A stretch of 64,000 nucleotides of DNA from Bdellovibrionales bacterium (GTDB lineage: Bacteria > Bdellovibrionota > Bdellovibrionia > Bdellovibrionales > UBA1609): positions 2,624,001 through 2,688,000 of the forward strand of contig OZ241329.1 of the NCBI GenBank assembly GCA_965199825.1. The letters run 5' to 3'. A program made the position numbers and the translations under genes. The notes beneath the pieces are model-generated. The model was given only the letters and a program-made list of their open reading frames with translations. It was not told the origin of the DNA and searched no databases. Shown here piece by piece: positions 20,796-30,348 of the stretch (the stretch's first letter is position 1; every line of letters starts with the position of its first letter).

Positions 20796-21377
20796 ATGAT
20801 TTTTTTATTTTTATTTCATTTTGCAAGCGCACAAACATCCGATTGGTTTCCCCACTACCTGAAATGTTTTAATCAGTTTCAAAATCAAAATGCGATTGCC
20901 GCCAAAAATGGAGCATTTGTCTTTTTGGAAGACTCACCCATTTTTATTCCTCACACTGGCGAAAAAGTTGGGATTTATCGTATCCGCTCAGGAAAACAAA
21001 ATTTTTATGTTTCGATTGCTAAAGATCTTTCGACGGTGATTTCGAAAAAACCGATTCCACATGCACAGGACGTTCGATCTCGTCCCACTTTTACTCCTGT
21101 TCTCCAAAATGCAATGATCGAGTTTTTTGAAAAAAACTTAAACAGTTTACAAATAAAATATATTGACCGCACCGGATATGAATTGGATGACGAAAAAAAA
21201 CAAGCTCTTAAACATAACAGCGACATTAAGACTCAGCTTGAAATTTGTGATAAAGAAATTCGACAAACCCCAAAGCCGCCGCCAGCGCTGCTTGACCATC
21301 TCAAAAGTAAAATTGCAGAGTGCAATGTGCCGATTCCAGGTGGACTTCCGGGCTATGGCAGAAGTCGCCCGCACTAA
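20796..21377 (+). CDS. Secreted hypothetical protein
   Basis: GGGAGG RBS and signal peptide MIFLFLFHFASA; no recognisable domain. Confidence 0.6.
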   Translation: MIFLFLFHFASAQTSDWFPHYLKCFNQFQNQNAIAAKNGAFVFLEDSPIFIPHTGEKVGIYRIRSGKQNFYVSIAKDLSTVISKKPIPHAQDVRSRPTFTPVLQNAMIEFFEKNLNSLQIKYIDRTGYELDDEKKQALKHNSDIKTQLEICDKEIRQTPKPPPALLDHLKSKIAECNVPIPGGLPGYGRSRPH

Positions 21378-22078
21378 TCTTTAATAAATTTGGCCCAAAA
21401 TATAGGACCCTGATTATCTGAATCATCGGGCAAGATGGTTTGATGGGCCAAAAGTTTAACTTTGCCTTTTTTTAAAAAACGTTCGACCACTTGCTCATTT
21501 TCCACAGGCGAAATCGAGCACGTACTATAAACCAACTGTCCCTCGCTCTTTAAAGCTTCGCGAGCCGAACACAAAAGCGCCATTTGTCGATGCGATAAAT
21601 TTTTTGACCGCTTTAGCGTCCAAGTCTTGAGCTGTTGAGGTTTTTGCATCTGATGCCTTTCGCCTGAGCACGGCGCATCGACCAGGACGGCATCAAAGTC
21701 CTTTGTGATTCGCCGATAAAACAAACTGCCATCTCCTTGAGTGAAAGTCAGGCGAGAATACTCCTCCGACAAAAGATGCGACTTCATCACATTTTTGAGC
21801 CGAATCAGTCGATCAAGTGAGTATTCATTGAGATGAAGCTCGATTGCTGTTTTGGTGAAGAGGGCCAAAGCCTTGCCACCAGGTGCGGCACACAGATCCA
21901 AAACTTTATCATTTTGCTTAAGATCGAAAGCTTCCACAGGTCGGAGTGACGCTTGATCAAGGAGGTAGGGTTGCTGCGAGGTTTGAAGTTCAATCTTTAT
22001 TCGTGGCTTGAGCATCGCCGCTTTAAGAGTGGGCCAGCGCTGTTGATAAATTGAGGTGAAATACTCATCAAAGGTCAT
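21374..22078 (-). CDS. Compact RsmB/NOP2/NSUN-family RNA m5C methyltransferase
   Basis: VLDLCAAPGGK, VLVDAPCSG, LVYSTCSISPVENE. Confidence 0.9.
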   Translation of the reverse strand: MTFDEYFTSIYQQRWPTLKAAMLKPRIKIELQTSQQPYLLDQASLRPVEAFDLKQNDKVLDLCAAPGGKALALFTKTAIELHLNEYSLDRLIRLKNVMKSHLLSEEYSRLTFTQGDGSLFYRRITKDFDAVLVDAPCSGERHQMQKPQQLKTWTLKRSKNLSHRQMALLCSAREALKSEGQLVYSTCSISPVENEQVVERFLKKGKVKLLAHQTILPDDSDNQGPIFWAKFIKD

Positions 22079-22443
22079 TGGATTTTTTAAGATACATAGA
22101 TGAGTTTGCAAAGGGAAATTGTCGTGCCCGCGGTTTGTTTTTGCTGAGGCTCTGAAAATGATTTTCTTAAAACGAACCGTTCGAGAATTCTTCCAATCGC
22201 ATAAAAATATTTTGAAATTTAATTCGATTTATTTATGAAATTAATTGACACGTTTTTTTTCTGGTTCTTTTAGATAGCGTGACGTATCAGACGCGCAAGT
22301 TATGTTTTTAATTGCGATTGACCCCTTGATGATAATTATGGCCAAAAATCTCATCACCATTTAACTCTCAGCAACCAATCCTACCAAAGTCAAAAATGTG
22401 ATTTTGAAAACCCATGATACATTCCTATAAATAGGAGATATTT

Positions 22444-23301
22444 ATGGATCATCACAAAATTCATTCTCACGCCGTCATAGCGGCGAATGCCCACAGAAAA
22501 TCTGAAATAGAATTGCTCAACGCTTTAGGAGTGGTTTGGACTAATAAAACTTATTATGAATTTGGCTGCCGCTCTTTGTTTGAATATCCCACCAAACAAC
22601 TCAAACTCTCTGAAGAGATGGCAAGCATCGTAAATAAAATTGCAAAAAAATTTACTGAACTCCCTGAGCTCAAATTAGGAATGGAGACAGGAGAGCTTTC
22701 GCTTTCAAAGGTAAATCGCATTACCGCGGTCGTTAACAAAGACAACGTTCATCATTGGATGGATCTTGCCAAAGGCAGTAAACGCAATCTTGAAAAAGAA
22801 ATTGCAAAAGTCCAACCCGAGAAAGCAATTCCTGAGCGGGCACGATACCAAAAAGCTGGAGATACACTGAGAGTTTCGATTTCTTTTTCGGTGACTCAAG
22901 AAGAGTATGCGGTGTTTGAACGGACTCGGGATTTATTAAGTCAAAAACTAAAACGTTCTGTCACAATGGGCGAGGTTCAGACAATAGCAGTTCAGGAACT
23001 CAACCAAAAATTAGATCCTCTTAAAAAACCTATCTCTAAAAACACAGCGGGCACGACAAAACTTACTGGCATTTTGAGACGAAAAGTTCATCACAATTTT
23101 GAGAGCCAATGCACTCATGTCGACTCGACAGGAGCGCGCTGCACCCAGCGCCGTCATTTGGATGTTCATCATATTATACCTAAATCAATGGGGGGTGCTG
23201 ACACCGAAGAGAATCTGACACTACTGTGTTCAGGGCATCATCGTGCCCATCATCACTTTAATTTACGTTTTGGCAAAGAGTCGACTGACACCACAATTTG
23301 A
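22444..23301 (+). CDS. HNH endonuclease with N-terminal helical (DUF222-like) domain
   Basis: C-terminal QC...RC..RRHLDVHHIIPKSMGGAD.EENLTLLCSGHH; N-terminal GCRSLFEY...LKLSE and GELSLSKV; AGGAG RBS. Confidence 0.88.
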   Translation: MDHHKIHSHAVIAANAHRKSEIELLNALGVVWTNKTYYEFGCRSLFEYPTKQLKLSEEMASIVNKIAKKFTELPELKLGMETGELSLSKVNRITAVVNKDNVHHWMDLAKGSKRNLEKEIAKVQPEKAIPERARYQKAGDTLRVSISFSVTQEEYAVFERTRDLLSQKLKRSVTMGEVQTIAVQELNQKLDPLKKPISKNTAGTTKLTGILRRKVHHNFESQCTHVDSTGARCTQRRHLDVHHIIPKSMGGADTEENLTLLCSGHHRAHHHFNLRFGKESTDTTI

Positions 23302-24724
23302 TCGCAGCCGAAGATTTGGTAAACAAAGATTTGCCAATTCCTGCGGTCACTTCGCTTTGGGCGCCTTCGTAAGTAGGCAGACGACCCGAAACGATTTGCA
23401 TCCCTGGAGTGCTTGCTTGTTGAGACGCCAAATCTCTTGAAGCGGTTAAACTTCCATCAAGTGCCGATGCGGTTGAAAAACTAGAGGATGCGGTTTGCAC
23501 ATTGACCGCTGTGGTCGAAGTGGTAGGTGCAGTTGCGTAGGTCGTAAAATAAGGATCGGCGGGGCAGCTGGTCTGCATCACACTCAATTGGTTTTGTGAG
23601 TATTGACCCACACATAAACTAGGATTGTTTGTACATATAGGACTTGTCATTGTGGTTTGCTGCACACAACTTGGACAGCTGCTGCGTCCTGCAGTTTGGC
23701 AATAACGCCAGCCGACTGTTGCTCGGCAGTAGGCTGTTGAAGTTCCTGCCCCAGAACCATTGGGCACAACTCCTCCACCCGCATCTGTTCCATCACCAAG
23801 ACCGCAATAAGAGTTTGCAAAAAGCTGGCACTGACTTCCGGTTGGCGCTGTTAAACATCGACTGACGTAGGCCGACGCACACGCCGAATTGGTATAGGTG
23901 CCGGCCGATGTGCAATCGGAACTGGCTGTCGAAAATCCAGCCGTAATCGATGTCGCAGCCGAACTTGATGCCGCAGCTGCTGCAGACGCAGAGGCCGACG
24001 CATCAATCTGTTTTTGTTTATCTTCGCCCGCAGATTTTCCAAGCATGTATCCCGCACCCGCTCCGACCACCGCAGTTCCGGCTGGGATGAGCCAGTTGGC
24101 GTTTTTGGAGAGGAAGCCGCTACTGTCTTCCTTCGTTGTACTCGCATTTTTAATTTGATCAGAAATTCCCGCAGTTTTTGATAGCGCCGCTGCATAGCTA
24201 CCAGCTCCAGCAGTTGCAGTAGCTCCAACTTTCAACATCAATGCATCACAAGCTTTTGATAACGTGCCCAGATCAATAACGGACTGGAGTAATTTTTGTC
24301 TCTGTGGGCCTGGTGGTGCAGATTGCGCGGCTGTACTCTCACTTTTGATGGCCGCATCACAAGTCGTTTTGCAAGTGGTACCTTGTTCAGTACACGCAGC
24401 ACCAACAAGATTAAGTGCGTCCCGGCCAGACATAAAAACATCACCCATTTTGGCTGCCTGTGAGACTGCATCTGCTGACCCTGTTGTATCGACACTGGTG
24501 GGTGCATTGGCTTTTGTTGTCGCTGCAGCGTCGATAGCTGGTTTAGCGGACGCACAAACCGCGGCACATTTATTCTCACCCGTAAAAAAAGCTAAACAAC
24601 TCTTTGAGTTTGGATCAGCCACCGCAGATTTCGGTACTACCGCCTGAAGGACTTCAGCCGTTGGGCAGTCTTGCGCAAATACCGGAGACGCCGCCATAGC
24701 TAACAATAATATCAATAACTGCAT
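23258..24724 (-). CDS. Secreted Cys-rich, Ala/Ser/Thr-rich protein with central Gly-rich hydrophobic segment
   Basis: Signal peptide ending PVFA-Q, 22 Cys, WLIPAGTAVVGAGAGYMLG segment; strong GAGGAGG RBS. Confidence 0.8.
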   Translation of the reverse strand: MQLLILLLAMAASPVFAQDCPTAEVLQAVVPKSAVADPNSKSCLAFFTGENKCAAVCASAKPAIDAAATTKANAPTSVDTTGSADAVSQAAKMGDVFMSGRDALNLVGAACTEQGTTCKTTCDAAIKSESTAAQSAPPGPQRQKLLQSVIDLGTLSKACDALMLKVGATATAGAGSYAAALSKTAGISDQIKNASTTKEDSSGFLSKNANWLIPAGTAVVGAGAGYMLGKSAGEDKQKQIDASASASAAAAASSSAATSITAGFSTASSDCTSAGTYTNSACASAYVSRCLTAPTGSQCQLFANSYCGLGDGTDAGGGVVPNGSGAGTSTAYCRATVGWRYCQTAGRSSCPSCVQQTTMTSPICTNNPSLCVGQYSQNQLSVMQTSCPADPYFTTYATAPTTSTTAVNVQTASSSFSTASALDGSLTASRDLASQQASTPGMQIVSGRLPTYEGAQSEVTAGIGKSLFTKSSAAIKLWCQSTLCQNVN

Positions 24725-24773
24725 TCAAATCCCCCTCCTCATATTATGCCCCAAACCTATACAGTTGAGCGCA

Positions 24774-24874
24774 ATTTTTGGCATCGTGACAGTCGATTGC
24801 CAAAAATAAGTGTGAGTTTCACGACTTGGGTCCGGCTCAGTCTGAGACAGGTGTCACCGACTGACACACTTGTC
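24774..24874. promoter_or_regulatory. Cluster of inverted repeats in a divergent promoter region
   Basis: ATTTTTGGCA-N14-TGCCAAAAAT (24774-24807), CTCAG-T-CTGAG, GTGTCA-N5-TGACAC (24851-24867). Confidence 0.45.
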
Positions 24875-24993
24875 GCTCCTGTAACCGATTCTAAATATTT
24901 TTTATTTTGTTAAAAGAAGAGCCCTATCAAAAATAAATCAAAGCTAAATCCCCTTGATTTTGATAAAGAGAGCTGCGAGGTCTTTTGTAAACA

Positions 24994-25617
24994 ATGTTTA
25001 AAAAATCAATTCTCATAATCCTTTGCTTCTGTGCAGCTCAGGCTTTGGCAAATTCTAAATATCTCATCAATCTCGATCGCGACAAGCGCCCCTGGTCGGT
25101 GGATGTGGTGAGCGATGCAGGCTTTTCGCGCAAAAACGGTCGCATCGCAGATGCCACTCCTGAGATGAGGGAGCCGGGCCAGATTTTGGAAAGGATGTTT
25201 GAGAATCTTAAGTTTATCGAGAAGATTGCATCACAGTATCCAATTCCATCTTCACATTATCCAGATCGAAATTTAGTGAGTTTGGGTGAATTTTTAAATG
25301 AGTTGCTCAACGCTCCCGAAATCCCGGTTAAAAATATCCAAGTGGGTTTGGAACGGCGAAGTGTTTCGGAATACTTTTTAAGCGAAATCAAATCGAATCT
25401 TGAGTTTCTCAATCGTCCACTTTTTTCCAGTCAAAATTTGGTAGCAGGCGAAGTTAAAAAAATGGTTCGCCATGATGAGCAATCCAGAAAAGCTTTGTTT
25501 AAAATCTTGAAAGTCAGCTCGCTCCAAGAACTGATTCGAAAAGTCGAATCACGATTTGGACCCTGTCAGTCCGAGCTCTCGGCTAATGCGGAGAGCGCAG
25601 ACCCTGCAGTACGATAG
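24994..25617 (+). CDS. Secreted hypothetical protein
   Basis: Signal peptide MFKKSILIILCFCAAQALA; no recognisable domain. Confidence 0.65.
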   Translation: MFKKSILIILCFCAAQALANSKYLINLDRDKRPWSVDVVSDAGFSRKNGRIADATPEMREPGQILERMFENLKFIEKIASQYPIPSSHYPDRNLVSLGEFLNELLNAPEIPVKNIQVGLERRSVSEYFLSEIKSNLEFLNRPLFSSQNLVAGEVKKMVRHDEQSRKALFKILKVSSLQELIRKVESRFGPCQSELSANAESADPAVR

Positions 25618-26051
25618 ACGGTCCATTCGCTTTGGGGACGAGCACCAAGCGATTCATAAAAATCAATGGCTCGTTGATTCCAATTTAAAACAGACCATTC
25701 GAGTCGTCCACAGCCGCGCTCAACCGCTATTTGCGAAAGCTTGCGCAATAAAGATTCTCCCACCCCTTTGCCCCGCGCTTCGGGCAGCACAAATAAATCC
25801 TCGAGGTAAATTCCGGGCTTGGCCAAAAAAGTCGAATAGCTATGAAAAAAGAGGGCAAAACCTTTTGGCTCATTTTCAAGCTCAGCAATTAAAACTTCGG
25901 CAAAGGGTTTGGCCCCAAATAAGGTTTGGAGCAGTTGATCTTCGGTTGCAACACACTTATCAGCAAGCTTTTCGAACTCAGCAAGCTGACGAATAAAAAA
26001 CAAAATAATAGAAAGGTCGGCCTTGGCCGCAAAGCGAATCTTAGGCTTCAT
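25566..26051 (-). CDS. GNAT N-acetyltransferase (spermidine/diamine acetyltransferase-like)
   Basis: IRQLAEFEK, YSTFLAKPGIYLEDLFV, RGKGVG, WSVLNWNQRAIDFY. Confidence 0.9.
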   Translation of the reverse strand: MKPKIRFAAKADLSIILFFIRQLAEFEKLADKCVATEDQLLQTLFGAKPFAEVLIAELENEPKGFALFFHSYSTFLAKPGIYLEDLFVLPEARGKGVGESLLRKLSQIAVERGCGRLEWSVLNWNQRAIDFYESLGARPQSEWTVYRTAGSALSALAESSD

Positions 26052-26541
26052 GAAAATTCTTAAGCGGTTTGTAAGCATAAGCCGCCTTGATAAATATAAA
26101 TGAAAATAAAATTGTTCCAATCAAACTGCGCTCAAAAAAGGGCAGAGCGAAAACATAGCTTCCCCAAAGACCCGATGAGGTCAGCGGATAAAGGCGACCA
26201 TCCACCCAAACCGCAAAATTGCTGATAAAGAAAAATAAAATATTCACCACAACGCTTGAGCGCAAGATTGTGACGGTGGATGCGGTGCCAGGACTTAAAA
26301 AAATCATCGCGGCATACAAAGGATATCCAAGAATGCTTGAAGTTGAGAAACCAAAAAAGAAATCGGTAAACAAAACGGCTAGGAGCGTGATCGCCACAGC
26401 CAAAGACTGGGGCTTAACAAGATAACCCGTCAGCAACACCAACCCAAAAGTTGGCGAAATCGCCAGCTGCAAAAATCGACTGACCGCAATGCTCAAAAAT
26501 AAAAAAAGGCACAAACAAAATTTGCTCTGGCTTTCACTCAC
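26041..26541 (-). CDS. DUF6580-like membrane protein (putative small vitamin transporter)
   Basis: FFFISNFAVW...YPLT..GL..SY..ALPFF motif; 5-6 TM. Confidence 0.6.
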   Translation of the reverse strand: MSESQSKFCLCLFLFLSIAVSRFLQLAISPTFGLVLLTGYLVKPQSLAVAITLLAVLFTDFFFGFSTSSILGYPLYAAMIFLSPGTASTVTILRSSVVVNILFFFISNFAVWVDGRLYPLTSSGLWGSYVFALPFFERSLIGTILFSFIFIKAAYAYKPLKNFHEA

Positions 26542-27154
26542 TTTGAACTCCTTTGGTTTTTATAAATCCATAGACTAGAGGCAGTAACGACACCAAAATA
26601 ATGCCAAATATCACATAATGAAATTGGCTTTTTACCACCGGCAATGCACCGAAAAAATGGCCCAGCAGTAAAAATGAAAACGTCCAAAGACCTCCGCCGA
26701 GCATATTGTAGAATGCAAAAGAGGATTTTTCCATTTTGCCCATTCCAGCTGTAAATGGAACAAAGGTTCGCACCACAGGTAAAAATCGGGCGAGCACAAT
26801 TGCTTTACCACCGTGAGTATTAAAAAAACGCGAAGCCTCTTTAAGATGTTTGGGATTTAAAAGTCGCGGTTGTTGAATCAACCATTCACCAAAATAAGAG
26901 CCACAAAGATAATTCACAAAATCTCCAGCCACACTCGCCGCGAACAAAATCACTAACAGCAGCGAGAGCGAGAGAGAATGGGTGGTTGTTAAGGCGCCGA
27001 GTGCGAATAAAAACGAATCTCCTGGCAAAAAAGGCGTAATGACCAATCCGGTTTCACAAAAAATAACCGCAAAGGCGAGAACATAAATCCAAGGACCTAA
27101 CTGATCCATCCACAAAGCAAGATACACATCGAGATGCAAAAAAATATCAACCAT
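26534..27154 (-). CDS. dedA: DedA family membrane protein
   Basis: [39 protein letters not shown]. Confidence 0.93.
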   Translation of the reverse strand: MVDIFLHLDVYLALWMDQLGPWIYVLAFAVIFCETGLVITPFLPGDSFLFALGALTTTHSLSLSLLLVILFAASVAGDFVNYLCGSYFGEWLIQQPRLLNPKHLKEASRFFNTHGGKAIVLARFLPVVRTFVPFTAGMGKMEKSSFAFYNMLGGGLWTFSFLLLGHFFGALPVVKSQFHYVIFGIILVSLLPLVYGFIKTKGVQSE

Positions 27155-27207
27155 CTCATATTCATCTCATTGACCAGCGAAATCACGCAAGGCAAAGTCG
27201 ACAACTT

Positions 27208-27951
27208 ATGACATCACAAATCGTTTTAGTTCGACACGGCGAAAGTATTTGGAACAAAGAAAATCGATTCACAGGTTGGATCGATGTGGGCCTTTCAGAA
27301 ACTGGACTCGAGGAGGCAAAGGCCGCGGGCCAACTTCTCAAATCCGAGGGCTATCAATTTGATCAGGTTTACACTTCGGTTCTTAAAAGAGCGATCAAGA
27401 CCTGCTGGACCGTTTTAGAAGCCACCGACCAGATGTGGCTTCCGGTTACAAAAGCATGGCAGCTCAATGAACGGCATTACGGGGCTCTTCAAGGACTAAA
27501 CAAAAAAGAAACGGTAAATAAGTTTGGCGAAGAGCAAGTTTTTGAGTGGCGTCGGTCGTATGCGACCTTGCCTCCAGCTCTTTCAAAAGAGGACAGCACC
27601 CATCCTCAAAATGATCGTCGGTATCAAGGAATTTCTCATTTGCCCTCTTGCGAAGCTTTAAAACAAACTTTGGAGCGTGTTGTGCCCTATTGGGAACAAG
27701 ACATCGTTCCGCAGATTCAAGCCGGAAAAAAAGTTTTGATTGTGGCTCATGGAAATTCCATCAGGGCTTTGATCAAGCATCTTGATCATGTGTCAGATGA
27801 CGAAATTGCCGAGCTCAATATTCCGACCGGCATTCCGCTTGTTTATGAGTTGGACCAAAATTTAAAACCTTTAGGGCATCGCTACTTAGGAGACGCCGAA
27901 GCAGCCGCGAGCGCAGCTGCCAAGGTAAAAGCACAAACTACTCCGACTTAG
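27208..27951 (+). CDS. gpmA: 2,3-bisphosphoglycerate-dependent phosphoglycerate mutase
   Basis: [44 protein letters not shown]. Confidence 0.97.
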   Translation: MTSQIVLVRHGESIWNKENRFTGWIDVGLSETGLEEAKAAGQLLKSEGYQFDQVYTSVLKRAIKTCWTVLEATDQMWLPVTKAWQLNERHYGALQGLNKKETVNKFGEEQVFEWRRSYATLPPALSKEDSTHPQNDRRYQGISHLPSCEALKQTLERVVPYWEQDIVPQIQAGKKVLIVAHGNSIRALIKHLDHVSDDEIAELNIPTGIPLVYELDQNLKPLGHRYLGDAEAAASAAAKVKAQTTPT

Positions 27952-28489
27952 GACGTCTTGAATCATGGATGCGACTAGCAAGTTCGGCATCACAGATTTG
28001 CAATTTTTCTTCGTACTCGTCTTGTCGTTTGATCAATGTGTTTTTGTAGCCGCGAAAGCGCGACATGCGGTCACGCAAAAACTCTTCTGATACTCCAACA
28101 ATTTTTTCTTTTTCATCAAGCCCAACCGTCCACTCTTCTTCTTTGTCGGTCACTCGATCAAGAGGTTCGGTCCACATCAATTTGCCATCCCCTCCATACT
28201 CTTTGTTTGAGAGTTTGAGGCGACATTGCTTAAGGGCTCCATAAAGACCTTGTGAGCCATATTTTCGGTTGCCATAAACATGATCCTCAGACTCATAGAC
28301 TTCATTTTGGAGTCGCCTGAGTTCTTCGTTCATCTCCACTTTTTTTTGCACCACAAGATTGCCGTTTTTAACGCCGATTTTTTCTTCGCCCAGTTTTTCA
28401 ACATGATCCATCGAGGTATCAATATTTTTTGCCCGGTTGGGATTGCTTGCACATCCCACCAATAAAATACACATCAGTATCCGTTTCAT
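27938..28489 (-). CDS. Putative lipoprotein with coiled-coil segments
   Basis: [13 protein letters not shown] lipobox after a GGAGG RBS. Confidence 0.7.
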   Translation of the reverse strand: MKRILMCILLVGCASNPNRAKNIDTSMDHVEKLGEEKIGVKNGNLVVQKKVEMNEELRRLQNEVYESEDHVYGNRKYGSQGLYGALKQCRLKLSNKEYGGDGKLMWTEPLDRVTDKEEEWTVGLDEKEKIVGVSEEFLRDRMSRFRGYKNTLIKRQDEYEEKLQICDAELASRIHDSRRPKSE

Positions 28490-28686
28490 AAAAGGTCCTC
28501 CGATAAAATAAAGTATGCCATGACACGCCAAAGGTTTCATAGAAGTCTCAAACCGTTTGAATTAAAAATCAGACGCCTATTGTCGTGCTCGACCATAACA
28601 AGGCGTGACATTAACTCTAAATCACAACGATTGAGATTCCCACCGATCACTTGATTCACTCCTTAAAGTAAGGTCCACTTAAAGAC

Positions 28687-30348
28687 ATGGAAAAAATTTG
28701 GCAAAAAAGTTATCCGCATGGTGTTCCTTTTGAAGTAGATCTCAACCGATATCAATCGATCAGCGATTTATTTTTTGAAAGTTGTAAACAATTTCGAGAT
28801 AAGCCTGCTTTTATAAACTTCGGCTCTGAGATGAGCTTTGAAGAGTTATTTTTTTTGACAAATGATTTTGCCGGGTTTTTGCAAAGTCGAGGTTTAAAAA
28901 AAGGCGACCGTATTGCTCTTCAGATGCCAAATATTTTGCAATATCCGGTGGTGATGTTTGCAGCTCTTCGCATGGGCCTTATCGTCGTCAATTGCAATCC
29001 TCTTTACACACCCTCTGAGATCAAACACCAGCTTAAAAATTCAGGGGCAAAAGCAATTGTTGCCTTCAACGGCTCAGCCGCAAATTTAAGTGAAATCCTT
29101 GATCAAACCAATATCGAAACTGTTGTGATCACCGAGATTGGCGATCTGCTTGGCTGGCCAAAAAGTCTTATTGTGAATGCTTCGGTTAAATATATAAAAA
29201 AAATGATCACCCCATTTCAAATTGCCAATCACTTTTCGTTTTATGAGGCGCTTGATATTGGTCACAGCACTCGATTTGATATTCCTGAATTGAATCATGA
29301 TGATCTTGCTTTTTTGCAGTACACCGGCGGCACCACAGGTGTGGCAAAAGGGGCTATGCTTTCCCACGGCAATGTGATTGCCAATATGCTTCAGATGGTG
29401 GCGTGGATGAAGCCGCTCTTAAAAACCGGCGAAGAAGTCACTGTTGGGGCATTGCCGCTTTACCATATTTTTTCTATGACCCTCAATTGCTTAGCATTTA
29501 TGTATTATGGCGCGGCCAACGTTTTGATCACCAATCCTCGTGACCTCAAAGGCTTTATCAAAACTTTAAAACAATATCAGTTTACCGCATTTCCAGGACT
29601 CAACACCTTGTTTAATGGACTGATGAATCATCCCGATTTCGGGGGCATCGATTTTTCGGCACTTAAGATTTCGGTTGCTGGGGGAATGGCCTTACAAAAT
29701 ACGGTCGCTCGCAACTGGTCACAAAAAACAAAAGTTCCGATTGTTGAGGGCTATGGCCTCACCGAAACTTCGCCCGTGACTCATTGTAACCCCATTGATG
29801 GAACTGAGCGGATTGGGACAATTGGACTTCCTCTACCGTCGACTATGGTAAAACTGGTTGATGACAATGGCAAAGAGGTCAAAGGCGAAGCTGGTGAATT
29901 GTGCATCAAGGGCCCACAAGTGATGAAGGGCTACTGGCAAAACGATGCCGAGACCAAAAATATTATGCTCGAGGGCGGCTGGCTTCGTACCGGTGATATA
30001 GCCACCATGGATCAAGATGGATTTTTTAAAATTGTCGATCGCAAAAAAGATATGATTTTGGTTTCGGGCTTTAATGTCTATCCCAATGAAATTGAGGATG
30101 TGGTCTCTTCGCATCCGCAGGTGCTTGAAGTTGCTGCGATCGGTATTGAAGACGAGAAATCGGGCGAAGTAGTTAAGATCTGTGTGGTCAAAAAAGATCC
30201 GCAATTGACCGAAAAAGAATTGCGTGAATTTTGCAAAAAAAGTTTAACCCACTATAAAATTCCAAAAGTGATTGAGTTTTATGATTCTTTGCCAAAATCA
30301 GCGGTGGGTAAAATTTTAAGAAAAGAATTAAGATCGAAACCCAAATAA
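28687..30348 (+). CDS. fadD: Long-chain fatty-acid--CoA ligase
   Basis: LQYTGGTTGVAKGAML, EGYGLTETSP, LRTGDIA, VDRKKDMILVSGFNVYPNE. Confidence 0.95.
   Translation: MEKIWQKSYPHGVPFEVDLNRYQSISDLFFESCKQFRDKPAFINFGSEMSFEELFFLTNDFAGFLQSRGLKKGDRIALQMPNILQYPVVMFAALRMGLIVVNCNPLYTPSEIKHQLKNSGAKAIVAFNGSAANLSEILDQTNIETVVITEIGDLLGWPKSLIVNASVKYIKKMITPFQIANHFSFYEALDIGHSTRFDIPELNHDDLAFLQYTGGTTGVAKGAMLSHGNVIANMLQMVAWMKPLLKTGEEVTVGALPLYHIFSMTLNCLAFMYYGAANVLITNPRDLKGFIKTLKQYQFTAFPGLNTLFNGLMNHPDFGGIDFSALKISVAGGMALQNTVARNWSQKTKVPIVEGYGLTETSPVTHCNPIDGTERIGTIGLPLPSTMVKLVDDNGKEVKGEAGELCIKGPQVMKGYWQNDAETKNIMLEGGWLRTGDIATMDQDGFFKIVDRKKDMILVSGFNVYPNEIEDVVSSHPQVLEVAAIGIEDEKSGEVVKICVVKKDPQLTEKELREFCKKSLTHYKIPKVIEFYDSLPKSAVGKILRKELRSKPK

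Noticed and set aside
22173..22183. CGAAC-C-GTTCG as a LexA box upstream of the HNH gene
   Set aside because: The Gram-positive-type box needs a 4-nt spacer; here it is 1 nt.
28514..28530. Sigma54 promoter for the 27938-28489 lipoprotein
   Set aside because: GG-to-GC spacing is off by one base; an extended -10 (TGnCATACT) explains it as well.
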